Positions 20,244 through 30,595 of a stretch of DNA of 44,505 nt are shown in pieces (within the stretch, counting starts at the first letter, position 1; each line of letters starts with the position of its first letter). The DNA is from Corynebacterium sp. (GTDB lineage Bacteria > Actinomycetota > Actinomycetes > Mycobacteriales > Mycobacteriaceae), in the NCBI GenBank assembly GCA_041830435.1, contig JBHAQQ010000095.1, positions 1 to 44,505 on the forward strand, given 5' to 3'. The notes under the pieces are model-generated. The model saw only the letters and a list, made by a program, of their open reading frames with translations, was not told the DNA's origin and ran no database searches. The position numbers were made by a program, and so were the translations under genes.

Positions 20244-20795
20244 TTATTCATCGTCCACGATCGACGCCGCTTCCATCGAAGTCCCCAACGATGCAGCACT
20301 GGGCCAATCACTTGGAAGGGCGGTGCCAACGAGCTTGGGATTGTTTTCCGCTGCGAGGGCTACCGCTTCCGTGGCAAGTCGGCAACGATCTGGGCCTTCG
20401 GCCAGTGCGTAGGCCAACAGGACATGGAGGCATTTCACACGGTCTGGCATTCCCCCACCGGAAAAGTCGGTGCCGAGATCTTCCATGGCGTTACGCACAT
20501 CCAAATAGTGTTGGTGAGCCGCCTGGTAGTCTGCCGCGAGTTCCGGGTCGGTTGCTAGCCGCGCTTGCATCGTCTTCATCACACCGGCAACTTCCAAGCG
20601 GGATGCTTCAGCGGTCAGCCGAGGATCGGTGAGATAGTACAACGTTGGAAATGGTGTGCCATCTGGCAGCTTTGGCCAGGTCTTGACCACAGCTGGTTGG
20701 CCATCTGGGGTTCGGTAGCTCACGTCAACAGCGCCCCGTGGGGCACGGCCGAGTTGTTGTTCCATAATTGCGAGATCGTGTTCACTGACGGTCAT
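20244..20795 (-). CDS. DUF501 family protein
   Basis: QLGRAPRG, PDGTPFPTLYYLT, GGMPDRVKCLH; eno-divIC-DUF501-ppx synteny. Confidence 0.92.
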   Translation of the reverse strand: MTVSEHDLAIMEQQLGRAPRGAVDVSYRTPDGQPAVVKTWPKLPDGTPFPTLYYLTDPRLTAEASRLEVAGVMKTMQARLATDPELAADYQAAHQHYLDVRNAMEDLGTDFSGGGMPDRVKCLHVLLAYALAEGPDRCRLATEAVALAAENNPKLVGTALPSDWPSAASLGTSMEAASIVDDE

Positions 20796-20910
20796 GGCTG
20801 TTGTTTCGTCGTTTCCTCGTTGAGTGTGATTGGGCTTGCTATGTCGAAATTATTGAAAGCGTTACTTGGCGGAACCCTTGTGAGCTATGCGCCTCATTGC
20901 GAGGGGCTGC

Positions 20911-21534
20911 TCAAGGGTTAGGTTCCGGTTCCGGGGCAATGGTTGGAAGTTGAAGCGGCGCTGTTTGTTCTTCCTCCACCCCAAATTCTGTGGTCTCTGC
21001 GATTTCTGGAACACTCACGCTATCCCATAGCTGCAAGTACCACGGTTGATCTGCTGCCGCTTGCTCTTCAGCTTCTGGGTTGACCAGGGGGTCTGTCCCG
21101 TCGGAGTGCAGTGCAGCTCCGGAGCGAATACTTGGGCTGATGATGCGGTAGGCGGACTCCCCTGGTTCAATCAGGCCCAGTCGTGTGCGGGCTTGTTCCC
21201 GCAGGAAGTTGTCATTGTTGTAGCGGTCAAGCTCTTGCTCCAGTGCGGCTTTGTGTGCCTGCTGTTGTTCGATGGTGGCTGCGAGTTGCGCTAATTCATT
21301 GCGTTGTTCGAAGTAATTTCGCAATGGGGTGGCAAGAGAAACCACCATGAATACGATCAGCAAAGCTGCCACAAGCGTGGCGATGGGATTGATGCGGCTT
21401 GGTAGCTGCACGAAATTCCGCGCGATACGTTTTGGTGCGGATCGCACTTGGGCACGTCGTGCTGCTTGGCGTTCCACGGAGCGGGCGGTGGGAATGCCGC
21501 CTGGTGATTCTTGTGCTCCGGGTGTGGTGTTCAT
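20911..21534 (-). CDS. Septum formation initiator (FtsB/DivIC-like)
   Basis: TM, coiled coil, QARTRLGLIEPGE, PWYLQLW; start reassigned to ATG 21534. Confidence 0.88.
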   Translation of the reverse strand: MNTTPGAQESPGGIPTARSVERQAARRAQVRSAPKRIARNFVQLPSRINPIATLVAALLIVFMVVSLATPLRNYFEQRNELAQLAATIEQQQAHKAALEQELDRYNNDNFLREQARTRLGLIEPGESAYRIISPSIRSGAALHSDGTDPLVNPEAEEQAAADQPWYLQLWDSVSVPEIAETTEFGVEEEQTAPLQLPTIAPEPEPNP

Positions 21535-21715
21535 GATGTGTTTCAGTGTAGCTGGAATTGTGGTGTTTTCACATGAAGGCGCGGTGTGGCCGTTCCTGTT
21601 GTTGTGACCACACCGCGCCAAACGATGCTAGTGAGTGGCAGCACCTGGTGCATTTGCCGCACGCGGGTTGCGGTTGCACACCTGGGGGTGAGTGCCGCGC
21701 ACCCGCCGCGATTCC

Positions 21716-23047
<1,332 letters not shown>

Positions 23048-23080
23048 CTATCACGCTTGGACTCCCCCATTATTACAGCT

Positions 23081-23896
23081 TTATGCTCCCGCGCGCTGCC
23101 CCAGGGCATAGTTTGCAGCCGCGTCGCGGACATTTCGCACGTACTCGTTACTGAAGTTATACCCCCGAATGGCTGCAGTCCACCCTTCCGGGGTGGTGAG
23201 CACCCGATCCTTATCACACAACAAGCGCACCGCTGCACCCACCGCATCGTCAATATGGCTGGGAAGCACACTGCCATCATTGTTCATGTCCACGCCATAC
23301 AAACGCCACGCTTCCGGAATGAATTGCATCGCCCCCACAGCACGGTCCCATTCGGTATCGCCGTCGAGCGTGCCCCCATCGGAGTCCCGAATTGCCGCAA
23401 ACCCATTGCCGTCGAGCTGTGGTCCCCGAATAGGACTGCTGGTAAAACCATCCGCTTCAATAAACGAACCACCAAATCGGGTGCCGTTATAGGTTCCATG
23501 AACCGTCTCCACAAACCCAATACCAGCCAGTGTATTCCACGCCAACCCACAGGACGGGAAATGCACCCGCGCATAATTTTCACCCAGCCCATACGCCATC
23601 AGCGCCCGGGCAGGGATCGCCATGTCCTGTTCGCCGACAACCGCCCAGTCAGCCAATTGTTGGGCAGGATCAGGCAACGCCAAATCCACGATTGGCGCCG
23701 GTAATGCCGCCGCTGGGGGCACGTCCTCAGGGATGGGAATGCGCGAAGCTTGCGTTTCGCGTTCGAGATTGCCGATCCATGTTCCGACCGCCATCACCAG
23801 CAACACCATTACTCCGAACAGCGCACCGAGGCTCAGCAACAACCGCCCACACCCTGCTGGCCGTTTCGAATCATTAGCTGTTTTCCGCGTAGGCAT
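23081..23896 (-). CDS. Membrane-anchored lytic transglycosylase (LpqU-like)
   Basis: LAGIGFVET, DRAVGAMQFIPEAW, YNFSNEYV. Confidence 0.88.
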   Translation of the reverse strand: MPTRKTANDSKRPAGCGRLLLSLGALFGVMVLLVMAVGTWIGNLERETQASRIPIPEDVPPAAALPAPIVDLALPDPAQQLADWAVVGEQDMAIPARALMAYGLGENYARVHFPSCGLAWNTLAGIGFVETVHGTYNGTRFGGSFIEADGFTSSPIRGPQLDGNGFAAIRDSDGGTLDGDTEWDRAVGAMQFIPEAWRLYGVDMNNDGSVLPSHIDDAVGAAVRLLCDKDRVLTTPEGWTAAIRGYNFSNEYVRNVRDAAANYALGQRAGA

Positions 23897-23937
23897 CCGT
23901 TAGCTCTATGGTCTATCTCTACAGACAGCGCCGGAAC

Positions 23938-25146
23938 TTAACGCTGCTGCTCGGCAGCTCGCGCCGCCAACACCAATGCAAATGCTTGCACCGCATCCAG
24001 CAACCGCTGTTCCGCCTGCCCTGGTTCATCAAGCTCCAATCCCACCATTGGATAGCGAATATCCGTCGGAATTTCTCCATCAGCAAGCCCAAGCGCACGA
24101 GCCTTGCGGATCACGGCTTCCGCCGCCGCAATACCCGATACTGGTTGCGGGTCAGCCCCCAGATTGGCACCCGCTGGCGCCTCGCCAGCGGCGTCGGCCC
24201 CAACTGAGGAGCCCACAGGCTCCTCCAGAAACGCCGCATAGGTTTCCCCGAACTTCGCCAAACGAGCCTGCCGCGAACGGCGCTTCGCTTCCTCCCACAA
24301 GCGATCCTGTTCCTCAACAGTGACCTCGCGTTCCACCTCCTCAAACAAATACGGCGCCCGCTCCCGCAACTTCACCACCAGTGCCCCAGCGACATGACCA
24401 ATATCAAACGCACCCCGCATATTCGCTAGCTGCGCATGGAACAACACCTGCAACAACACATCCCCCAATTCCTCACAAAGCTCCTGCTCCACCCACGCTG
24501 GTTTCATCGCAGCAGGCTTGCCACCCTTGCCATAACGATCCACAACCGCAGCAATACGCGCCAGCTCAAGCGTCTCTTCCTGCAAGAACTGCACCAACGA
24601 CGAGTGATTCTGCTGCCGTTCCCACTCCCCTTGCCGCAATGCCCGCGCCATCACCGCAATAGCGTCCTCAAGCTCATCCATCACACTCGCCGGCACCTCA
24701 GTCCGCGTTGTGCGACGCAACCCCGCCACCACCGCAGTGTGATCATCAGTCGCCAGGATCTCACCATCCACAACCGCAGCACCAGAGTGGGAAATTTCCT
24801 CCACCGCGACCAATGGCGCAGCCGCAGCGCCATCTGCGGGCTCACTCAACGCCCCCTCGGCAGCCGGGGCGGCCAACAGCTCCCGATCACCCTCCAGCTC
24901 CACCAGCAACGACGGCGCTTTCACCAGCGTGTCGCCATCCTCCAGGCGCTCCACAACCAACTCATTCGAGACATCGGTGGTCACCAGCACCTCCGAATCG
25001 AGCACTGTATGTCCCCCCAAATCCGCAATGACCCAACGCACCCGGATCGGCACTTCCTCAGTAAAGGACACATCGCCCTCCAACATGCGGATCGCCTCTA
25101 CCGGGATCATTGCAGGGAAACGAGGATCGAGCAGGACAACAGTCAT
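23938..25146 (-). CDS. mazG: MazG nucleotide pyrophosphohydrolase domain protein
   Basis: LQEETLEL and EELGDVLLQVLFHA; mfd-mazG-lpqU-eno synteny. Confidence 0.88.
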   Translation of the reverse strand: MTVVLLDPRFPAMIPVEAIRMLEGDVSFTEEVPIRVRWVIADLGGHTVLDSEVLVTTDVSNELVVERLEDGDTLVKAPSLLVELEGDRELLAAPAAEGALSEPADGAAAAPLVAVEEISHSGAAVVDGEILATDDHTAVVAGLRRTTRTEVPASVMDELEDAIAVMARALRQGEWERQQNHSSLVQFLQEETLELARIAAVVDRYGKGGKPAAMKPAWVEQELCEELGDVLLQVLFHAQLANMRGAFDIGHVAGALVVKLRERAPYLFEEVEREVTVEEQDRLWEEAKRRSRQARLAKFGETYAAFLEEPVGSSVGADAAGEAPAGANLGADPQPVSGIAAAEAVIRKARALGLADGEIPTDIRYPMVGLELDEPGQAEQRLLDAVQAFALVLAARAAEQQR

Positions 25147-25164
25147 GTCCGCTACCTTACCTGT

Positions 25165-28100
25165 CTACTCTGTCATCGAACGTGAAGGCAGGCCGGCCAA
25201 ACTCGTCAATGCATCCGCAACCCATTGCACCAACTCCACCCCAGCCAACGGCACGGCACGCATGCCCGCACCCTGCTTCGGAATTGGCAACAGCACCACT
25301 TTTGTGGTGGCCCGATACTGCGCAGCCGGGAACAAGCGTTTCAAACGAACCTGGCCCGAATCCGGCAACACAATCGGCGACAAACTGATCTTTTGCCCCG
25401 CCAACACCACATCATGCACCTTCAGATCACGACACAACAGACGCAAGCGTGTCAGCACCGCCAACATCACAATGCTGACCGGTGGTTCACCATAGCGGTC
25501 CTGCAACTCCTCCAACACCGCAGTGATACCTGCCGCCTCAGTAATCTCCGCAAACTTACGGTACGCCTCCAAGCGGAGCCGTTCCGCCGCAATGTAATCA
25601 GCCGGAATATGCGCATCAACCGGCAAATCGATACGGATTTCCTTCGACTCCTCCTCCGTACCGTCCACGACCTTGCCCTCAGCCAGCGCGCGATACGCCT
25701 CCACAGCCTCGCCGACCAGCCGAACGTACAGGTCAAATCCCACGCCCGCGATGTGGCCAGATTGCTCCGCGCCCAACACATTGCCCGCGCCGCGCATCTC
25801 CAAATCCTTCATTGCAACCGCCATACCGGCCCCCAGGTCGTTATTTTGCGCAATGGTTGTCAGCCGGTCATAACTCGTCTCGGTCAATACTTCACCCCGC
25901 GGATACAGGAAATACGCATAGCCTCGTTCCCGCGATCGACCCACCCGACCGCGGAGCTGATGCAATTGCGACAATCCCATATGGTGGGCATTTTCCACAA
26001 TCAAGGTATTGGCATTTGCAATATCCAAACCGGTTTCCACGATTGTGGTGGAAACCAAAACATCAAATTCTCGCTCCCAGAACCCCTTCACGGTGGTTTC
26101 CAATTGATCTTCACTCATTTGCCCATGGGCCACAACCACGCGTGCTTCTGGCACCAGCTGACGAATCTTCGCGGCGCAATCCTCAATGCTGCGCACCCGG
26201 TTATGAACATAAAACACCTGGCCATCGCGCAAAAGTTCGCGGCGAATGGCAGCAGCGACATGCTTATCTTCTTGCACCCCAACGTAGGTCAGCACTGGGT
26301 GACGATCCTGCGGAGGAGTGAGAATGGTGGACATTTCTCGAATCCCCGCCATCGACATTTCCAAGGTGCGGGGAATTGGAGTAGCCGACATCGTGAGTAC
26401 GTCCACGTGCGTTCGCAAGCTCTTGATGTGTTCCTTGTGCTCCACACCAAACCGCTGCTCTTCGTCAACAATGATGAGGCCCAAGTTTTTCCACGTCACT
26501 CCCGTCTGCAGCAATCGGTGCGTACCAATCACAATGTCGACGGTGCCTTCGGCCAATCCGCTCAGAATTTCCCGGGATTCCTTTGCCGATGTAAAACGCG
26601 ACAGTTCCCGAATCGTCGTAGGAAAATCCTGCATGCGTTCCCGGAACGTAGCAACATGCTGCTGCGCCAACAGTGTGGTTGGCACCAGCACAGCCACCTG
26701 CTTGCCGGACTGCACTGCCTTGAACGCTGCACGAACCGCCACCTCGGTTTTGCCGTAGCCCACATCGCCAACGATCACGCGGTCCATAGGAACGGGCTTT
26801 TCCATATCGGCCTTCACAGCCTCAATCGCCTGGTATTGATCTTCCGTCTCCGTGTACGGAAACGCCTCCTCCATTTCCCGCTGCCACGGAGTGTCAGGAG
26901 CAAACGCATATCCAGGGGCTGCCTGCCTCGCCGCGTACAGCTGCACCAGTTCACCGGCGATTTCCCGCACTGCGCCGCGGGCTTTGCGCTTGGTGTTTTT
27001 CCAATCGCTGCCACCCATCTTGGAAAGTGCGGGCCGCTCACCACCGACATAGCGGCTCAACAGATCGAGTTGATCCATCGGCACATACAGCTGGTCACCC
27101 GGCCCGCCTCGCTTGGACGGCGCATATTCCAGCACCAAATATTCCCGCCGGGATTGCTCTCCCGGGCGACCCACGAGACGCTCCGTCATCTCCACGAACT
27201 TGCCAATGCCGTGCGTATCGTGCACCACCAGATCGCCCGGTTCCAACGCCAATGGATCCACCCGGTTGCGCTTCTTTGCTGGTTTACGGCGGCCGGTGGA
27301 GGCGGCGTCGACCCGATTTCCAGTTACATCCGTTTCCGTCACAATCAGCAGTTCAGGGCGCGAATCATCACCCTTGAAGGGAATGATCAACCCTTGGTGC
27401 GCTACCGCCACAAACACCCGCACGCAGGCCTCTCCGTCCCGCGCTTGGCGAATCCCGCGCACCGCGAAACCTTCCGCCATGCAAGGAATTCCAGCTTCGT
27501 TCAGGCGGCGTAGCATACGTCCCGCAGCGGTGATATTCGGCGCCGCGAACACCACCTGCTGGCCAGCTTCAACCCGCTGGCGGAATTCATTGAGGAGTGC
27601 ACTGATTGCCTCGAGATCACCGTGTGGTGCAGGCGCAGGTTGGTATTCCAACGTGAAGGTTTGGGCATCTTCTGGGTTGAGCTCTCCTGGATCTTGTAGA
27701 TCGACGCCGCTTCCATCCAGTCCCCATCCTGGTGCGGACCCTGTCCACCATGCACCTCCGCGCTGCAACTGTGCGAGCTCCACACCTCGCAGCGACAGGA
27801 ATGCCACCCCTTCCATCGGCGCATCTCCACCGGCCGCTGCGATTTCCCAGCTCGCTTCCATGAATTGCTGGCCAGTTTCTTCCAGGTCCTTTGCCCGGCG
27901 CGCCGCTGCCTCTGGCGCGAGCAGCAGAATGTGCATGTCCTGGGGCAAGAGTTCCGGCAGCGGTACAAGTGCTTCGGGGCGCAGGAGCCCGATGGCACTT
28001 TCAAGCCCTTGGACCTGCATGCGTTGGCTGATCTTGTCGAGGAACTCTGCCAGTTGGGGTTGTCCGGCGTACGTTTTGGCTGCTCGTGCTGCTGCCTCGG

Positions 28101-28890
28101 TAACTTCATCGGTCAGCAGCAGTTCACGGCAGGGATACACCACTACTTCAAGGTCGGCAGGGGCTTCCGCAATGGTGCGCTGGTCACCAGTGGTGAAAGG
28201 GCGAACTTCACTGATTTCATCACCCCAGAAATCCACGCGAATTGGCAGTTCCTCGGTGGCTGGGAAAATGTCAATCAATCCGCCGCGGGTTGCAAAGTGC
28301 CCTGGTTTAGCCACCACATCCACCTGGGTGTATCCAAGTTCGACGAGGCGTTCTTTGAGTGCAGTGAACTCCCATTCCACGCCAGGTGCGATGTGAATGG
28401 GTTCCACCTGCGGCAAGTCCTGTTGTACTGGCTGCAGCAGTGCTCGCACGGGGGCAACGACGATGCGCAATGCGGGGTCAACAGCGAGGCGTCGAAGGGT
28501 TTTCATGCGGGCGGCGACGGTGGCCACACCCGGCGATAGCCGCTCATGTGGCAAGGTTTCCCAGCCGGGCAGCAGGTCAGCGGCGTCACCTACGAGTGAG
28601 CGTAGTTGGGCGAGCAGATCCTCTGCCTGGCGCGCACTGGGGGTAACCACCATCAGGCGAGTTTCTTGCGCTAATACTGCCGCCGCAAACGGCCACACGG
28701 CGTCGAGAGCCTGCAAACGCAATTGGCGTTGACCTACGTTGGCGAGCAAACCACGCATCGCTGAATCCGCAGCAATAACCGGAATCAGGGAAGCCAAACT
28801 CCCCAGCGTTGGATTCGAAGCTGAGTTCACTGCTGTGTTCGCTGATGAAGCGTTGGGTGCGTTGCGGGGAGAGGATTTCGATGCGCTCAT
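25165..28890 (-). CDS. mfd: Transcription-repair coupling factor
   Basis: [48 protein letters not shown]; start (28890 vs 28902) uncertain. Confidence 0.98.
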   Translation of the reverse strand: MSASKSSPRNAPNASSANTAVNSASNPTLGSLASLIPVIAADSAMRGLLANVGQRQLRLQALDAVWPFAAAVLAQETRLMVVTPSARQAEDLLAQLRSLVGDAADLLPGWETLPHERLSPGVATVAARMKTLRRLAVDPALRIVVAPVRALLQPVQQDLPQVEPIHIAPGVEWEFTALKERLVELGYTQVDVVAKPGHFATRGGLIDIFPATEELPIRVDFWGDEISEVRPFTTGDQRTIAEAPADLEVVVYPCRELLLTDEVTEAAARAAKTYAGQPQLAEFLDKISQRMQVQGLESAIGLLRPEALVPLPELLPQDMHILLLAPEAAARRAKDLEETGQQFMEASWEIAAAGGDAPMEGVAFLSLRGVELAQLQRGGAWWTGSAPGWGLDGSGVDLQDPGELNPEDAQTFTLEYQPAPAPHGDLEAISALLNEFRQRVEAGQQVVFAAPNITAAGRMLRRLNEAGIPCMAEGFAVRGIRQARDGEACVRVFVAVAHQGLIIPFKGDDSRPELLIVTETDVTGNRVDAASTGRRKPAKKRNRVDPLALEPGDLVVHDTHGIGKFVEMTERLVGRPGEQSRREYLVLEYAPSKRGGPGDQLYVPMDQLDLLSRYVGGERPALSKMGGSDWKNTKRKARGAVREIAGELVQLYAARQAAPGYAFAPDTPWQREMEEAFPYTETEDQYQAIEAVKADMEKPVPMDRVIVGDVGYGKTEVAVRAAFKAVQSGKQVAVLVPTTLLAQQHVATFRERMQDFPTTIRELSRFTSAKESREILSGLAEGTVDIVIGTHRLLQTGVTWKNLGLIIVDEEQRFGVEHKEHIKSLRTHVDVLTMSATPIPRTLEMSMAGIREMSTILTPPQDRHPVLTYVGVQEDKHVAAAIRRELLRDGQVFYVHNRVRSIEDCAAKIRQLVPEARVVVAHGQMSEDQLETTVKGFWEREFDVLVSTTIVETGLDIANANTLIVENAHHMGLSQLHQLRGRVGRSRERGYAYFLYPRGEVLTETSYDRLTTIAQNNDLGAGMAVAMKDLEMRGAGNVLGAEQSGHIAGVGFDLYVRLVGEAVEAYRALAEGKVVDGTEEESKEIRIDLPVDAHIPADYIAAERLRLEAYRKFAEITEAAGITAVLEELQDRYGEPPVSIVMLAVLTRLRLLCRDLKVHDVVLAGQKISLSPIVLPDSGQVRLKRLFPAAQYRATTKVVLLPIPKQGAGMRAVPLAGVELVQWVADALTSLAGLPSRSMTE

Positions 28891-29010
28891 GATGCATTCC
28901 ACTATAAGCGCAATGGGGTTTCACACGAAGATGGGGCAAATTGCTATTCCATACAGGCTTGGGGTACAGTGTTGCCCGTACGTTCGCTTACGGAAGTAAG
29001 TGGATGACGT

Positions 29011-29082
29011 TCTCCCATGGTGTAATTGGCAACACTCCGGTTTTTGGTACCGTCATTCTAGGTTCGAGTCCTGGTGGGAGAG
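29011..29082 (+). tRNA. tRNA-Gln(TTG)
   Basis: Acceptor TCTCCCA/TGGGAGA, anticodon loop TTTTGGT, T-loop GGTTCGAGTCC. Confidence 0.97.
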
Positions 29083-29118
29083 CTTTTTTATACCCTCTTG
29101 CGACCTGCGTTTTGGCTG
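29061..29118 (+). repeat. Left att-like direct repeat (tRNA-Gln 3' end plus 36 bp)
   Basis: 56/58 identical to 30461-30518; 29069-29118 is an exact 50-bp match. Confidence 0.95.
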
Positions 29119-29182
29119 GTTGTGGGGCGTTTTTCAAAAGTTAGCGCATGTGCTATTTCGGCGAATTTTAGCGAGTTTTAGC

Positions 29183-29217
29183 GCCGCGTGTCGTGGAAAT
29201 GTCGTGGGATTGGTGTG
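29183..29217. repeat. Putative integrase arm-type site, left end
   Basis: GCCGCGTGTCGTGGAAATGTCGTGGGATTGGTGTG; 29199-29217 recurs exactly at 30401-30419. Confidence 0.65.
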
Positions 29218-29634
29218 AAATTGTCGCAGGACTTTGGAATGCCGATCCAGCGAATCCCCATCTCACGATACTTATCACGCTCTGGCAACCTGTCCCGTCT
29301 CTCCACCTATTAAATGTCTGAATTGAAGACCGCATCAAGGTTCCCGCTCGCAAGTAAGTGGAAAGTTCAAGGACCTCGTCTCAGAGATGTCCTTTGCCTG
29401 CCACAAACCAGTTGAGACCCCAGCAGGAACCCACATGCTTTTGAGCCCCACAGGGGTCATTGCTTAATTGCCACAAATCCACCTCAATCTCCGGCGGCAC
29501 AACAATATTCGCCGCCGACGCCAGGATTGGTGCAATCAGTTCTTGTCATAGGTAAGCAAAAGACCCCTTCGCTTGCTCAAAGTCGGCAGCAAGAAAGGAG
29601 GTTGAGAAAGTTTCAAGGAATTTTCTTAATGCAG

Positions 29635-29665
29635 TTGGCTAGATTCAGCGTAAGCGCGCTATGCT
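29635..29665 (+). promoter_or_regulatory. Candidate promoter/operator of the small-gene module
   Basis: TTGGCT(29635-40)-19nt-TATGCT(29660-65) with a short inverted repeat AGCG-N6-CGCT (29647-29660) in the spacer. Confidence 0.4.
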
Positions 29666-29711
29666 TTAGGTGCACCAACCGGAACAAAAACCAAATAGAG
29701 GAAGTGGCGCT

Positions 29712-29813
29712 ATGGACTTAGCGGCGCTGATCATTAGCTCCATCAGTCTGGAGTTGCAGATCATGCAATACCGCCAGTCCAACCCTCCATACAGAGGGGA
29801 GCATCGCAAATAA
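29712..29813 (+). CDS. 33-aa hydrophobic peptide with basic tail (type I toxin-like); not in ORF track
   Basis: MDLAALIISSISLELQIMQYRQSNPPYRGEHRK; GAGGAAG RBS; stop directly followed by a GC hairpin. Confidence 0.6.
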   Translation: MDLAALIISSISLELQIMQYRQSNPPYRGEHRK

Positions 29814-29853
29814 CCCCGGGCGCTGGCTATCACCATTAGCCAGCCCCACGGGG
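29814..29853. other. GC-rich hairpin directly after the peptide stop (terminator, processing site or antisense-RNA stem)
   Basis: CCCCG..GCTGGCTA-tcaccat-TAGCCAGC..CGGGG; no U-tract; minus-strand TAGTGT -10-like hexamer at 29869-29864. Confidence 0.65.
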
Positions 29854-29885
29854 CTATATCCTCACACTACACGAAAGGACTCTCA

Positions 29886-30044
29886 ATGACCTGGAAGCAA
29901 GCAAGTGCTGCAAGTGGAATCATTGCCGCAGCCTGTTACGCATTCATCGCAGCAACTCCCTTCTGGCCACTCGTCATAGCCCTAGCGGCACTGTCCGGAT
30001 ACAACCTCGCCACAGCGACTGCAGAAAAGAATCGAAAGCAATGA
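29886..30044 (+). CDS. 52-aa two-TM membrane protein; not in ORF track
   Basis: GAAAGGA RBS; MTWKQASAASGIIAAACYAFIAATPFWPLVIALAALSGYNLATATAEKNRKQ; ATGA overlap with next gene. Confidence 0.75.
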   Translation: MTWKQASAASGIIAAACYAFIAATPFWPLVIALAALSGYNLATATAEKNRKQ

Positions 30045-30301
30045 CGATCCGTATTACAGACACCACGACTGGCCGTGAGCTTTGGACGATTGCCCAATGC
30101 GCCGCTCATTGCGGCGTCACCGCTTCGACGTGGCGCAGCTATAGCCGAACGGGCGGAAAGCTTTCGCCACCCGAAGCGACTCAACACCTCGACGGGCGCA
30201 CACCCCTATGGGACGCCGAGGAGGTTAAGGCCTGGCATGCAGCCCGCCCTGGCTCACCCGTGAAAAACGCACCCCGCGCCAAAGCCAAGTCCAAGCACTA
30301 G
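30041..30301 (+). CDS. Excisionase/AlpA-like winged HTH DNA-binding protein
   Basis: LWTIAQCAAHCGVTASTWRSY...PPEA...GRTPLWDAEEVKAW pattern; translationally coupled to upstream ORF. Confidence 0.8.
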   Translation: MTIRITDTTTGRELWTIAQCAAHCGVTASTWRSYSRTGGKLSPPEATQHLDGRTPLWDAEEVKAWHAARPGSPVKNAPRAKAKSKH

Positions 30302-30420
30302 CTGGGTCATAAGGACGCAGCTTTTACGTTGAATACGTAGTTGCGTTGCTTGATGCTGATTTGGATCAGATTGGGGAGGCGTTGAAATCGGCATTGTCGG
30401 ATGTCGTGGGATTGGTGTGG
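30302..30420 (+). pseudogene. Tyrosine integrase C-terminal remnant
   Basis: LGHKDAAFTLNT[ta-]VALLDADLDQIGEAL matches box II LGH...T...Y with a 1-bp loss in the catalytic Tyr codon (30338-30339). Confidence 0.8.
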
Positions 30421-30460
30421 TTTGGAGTGTTAATGCTGGCCATTTGGAGTGTTTAGGCTG

Positions 30461-30518
30461 GGTTCAACTCCTGGTGGGAGAGCTTTTTTATACCCTCTTG
30501 CGACCTGCGTTTTGGCTG
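30461..30518 (+). repeat. Right att-like direct repeat
   Basis: GGTTCAACTCCTGGTGGGAGAGCTTTTTTATACCCTCTTGCGACCTGCGTTTTGGCTG duplicates the tRNA-Gln 3' end and flank. Confidence 0.95.
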
Positions 30519-30595
30519 TTGGTGGCGAATTTTAGGGAAACCAGCAATCACCCCCAATTTCCCAAAATAGACAGCACTGTCTACCGTGGTGGGTT

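Larger units (their letters stand above)
29061..30518. mobile_element. Degenerate 1.4-kb integrative element at tRNA-Gln
   Basis: 58-bp direct repeats at exactly 1,400-bp offset, integrase remnant, Xis-like ORF and arm-like motifs at both ends. Confidence 0.85.

Noticed and set aside
29527-29721. 64-aa ORF and a strong AAAGGAGGT Shine-Dalgarno-like sequence near 29594
   Set aside because: No properly spaced start codon follows the SD, and the ORF runs across the candidate promoter and has no recognisable features.
30519-30595. SAM riboswitch controlling mmuP (also checked upstream of mmuM)
   Set aside because: Both genes look leaderless with short upstream regions and no SAM-I/IV core seen.
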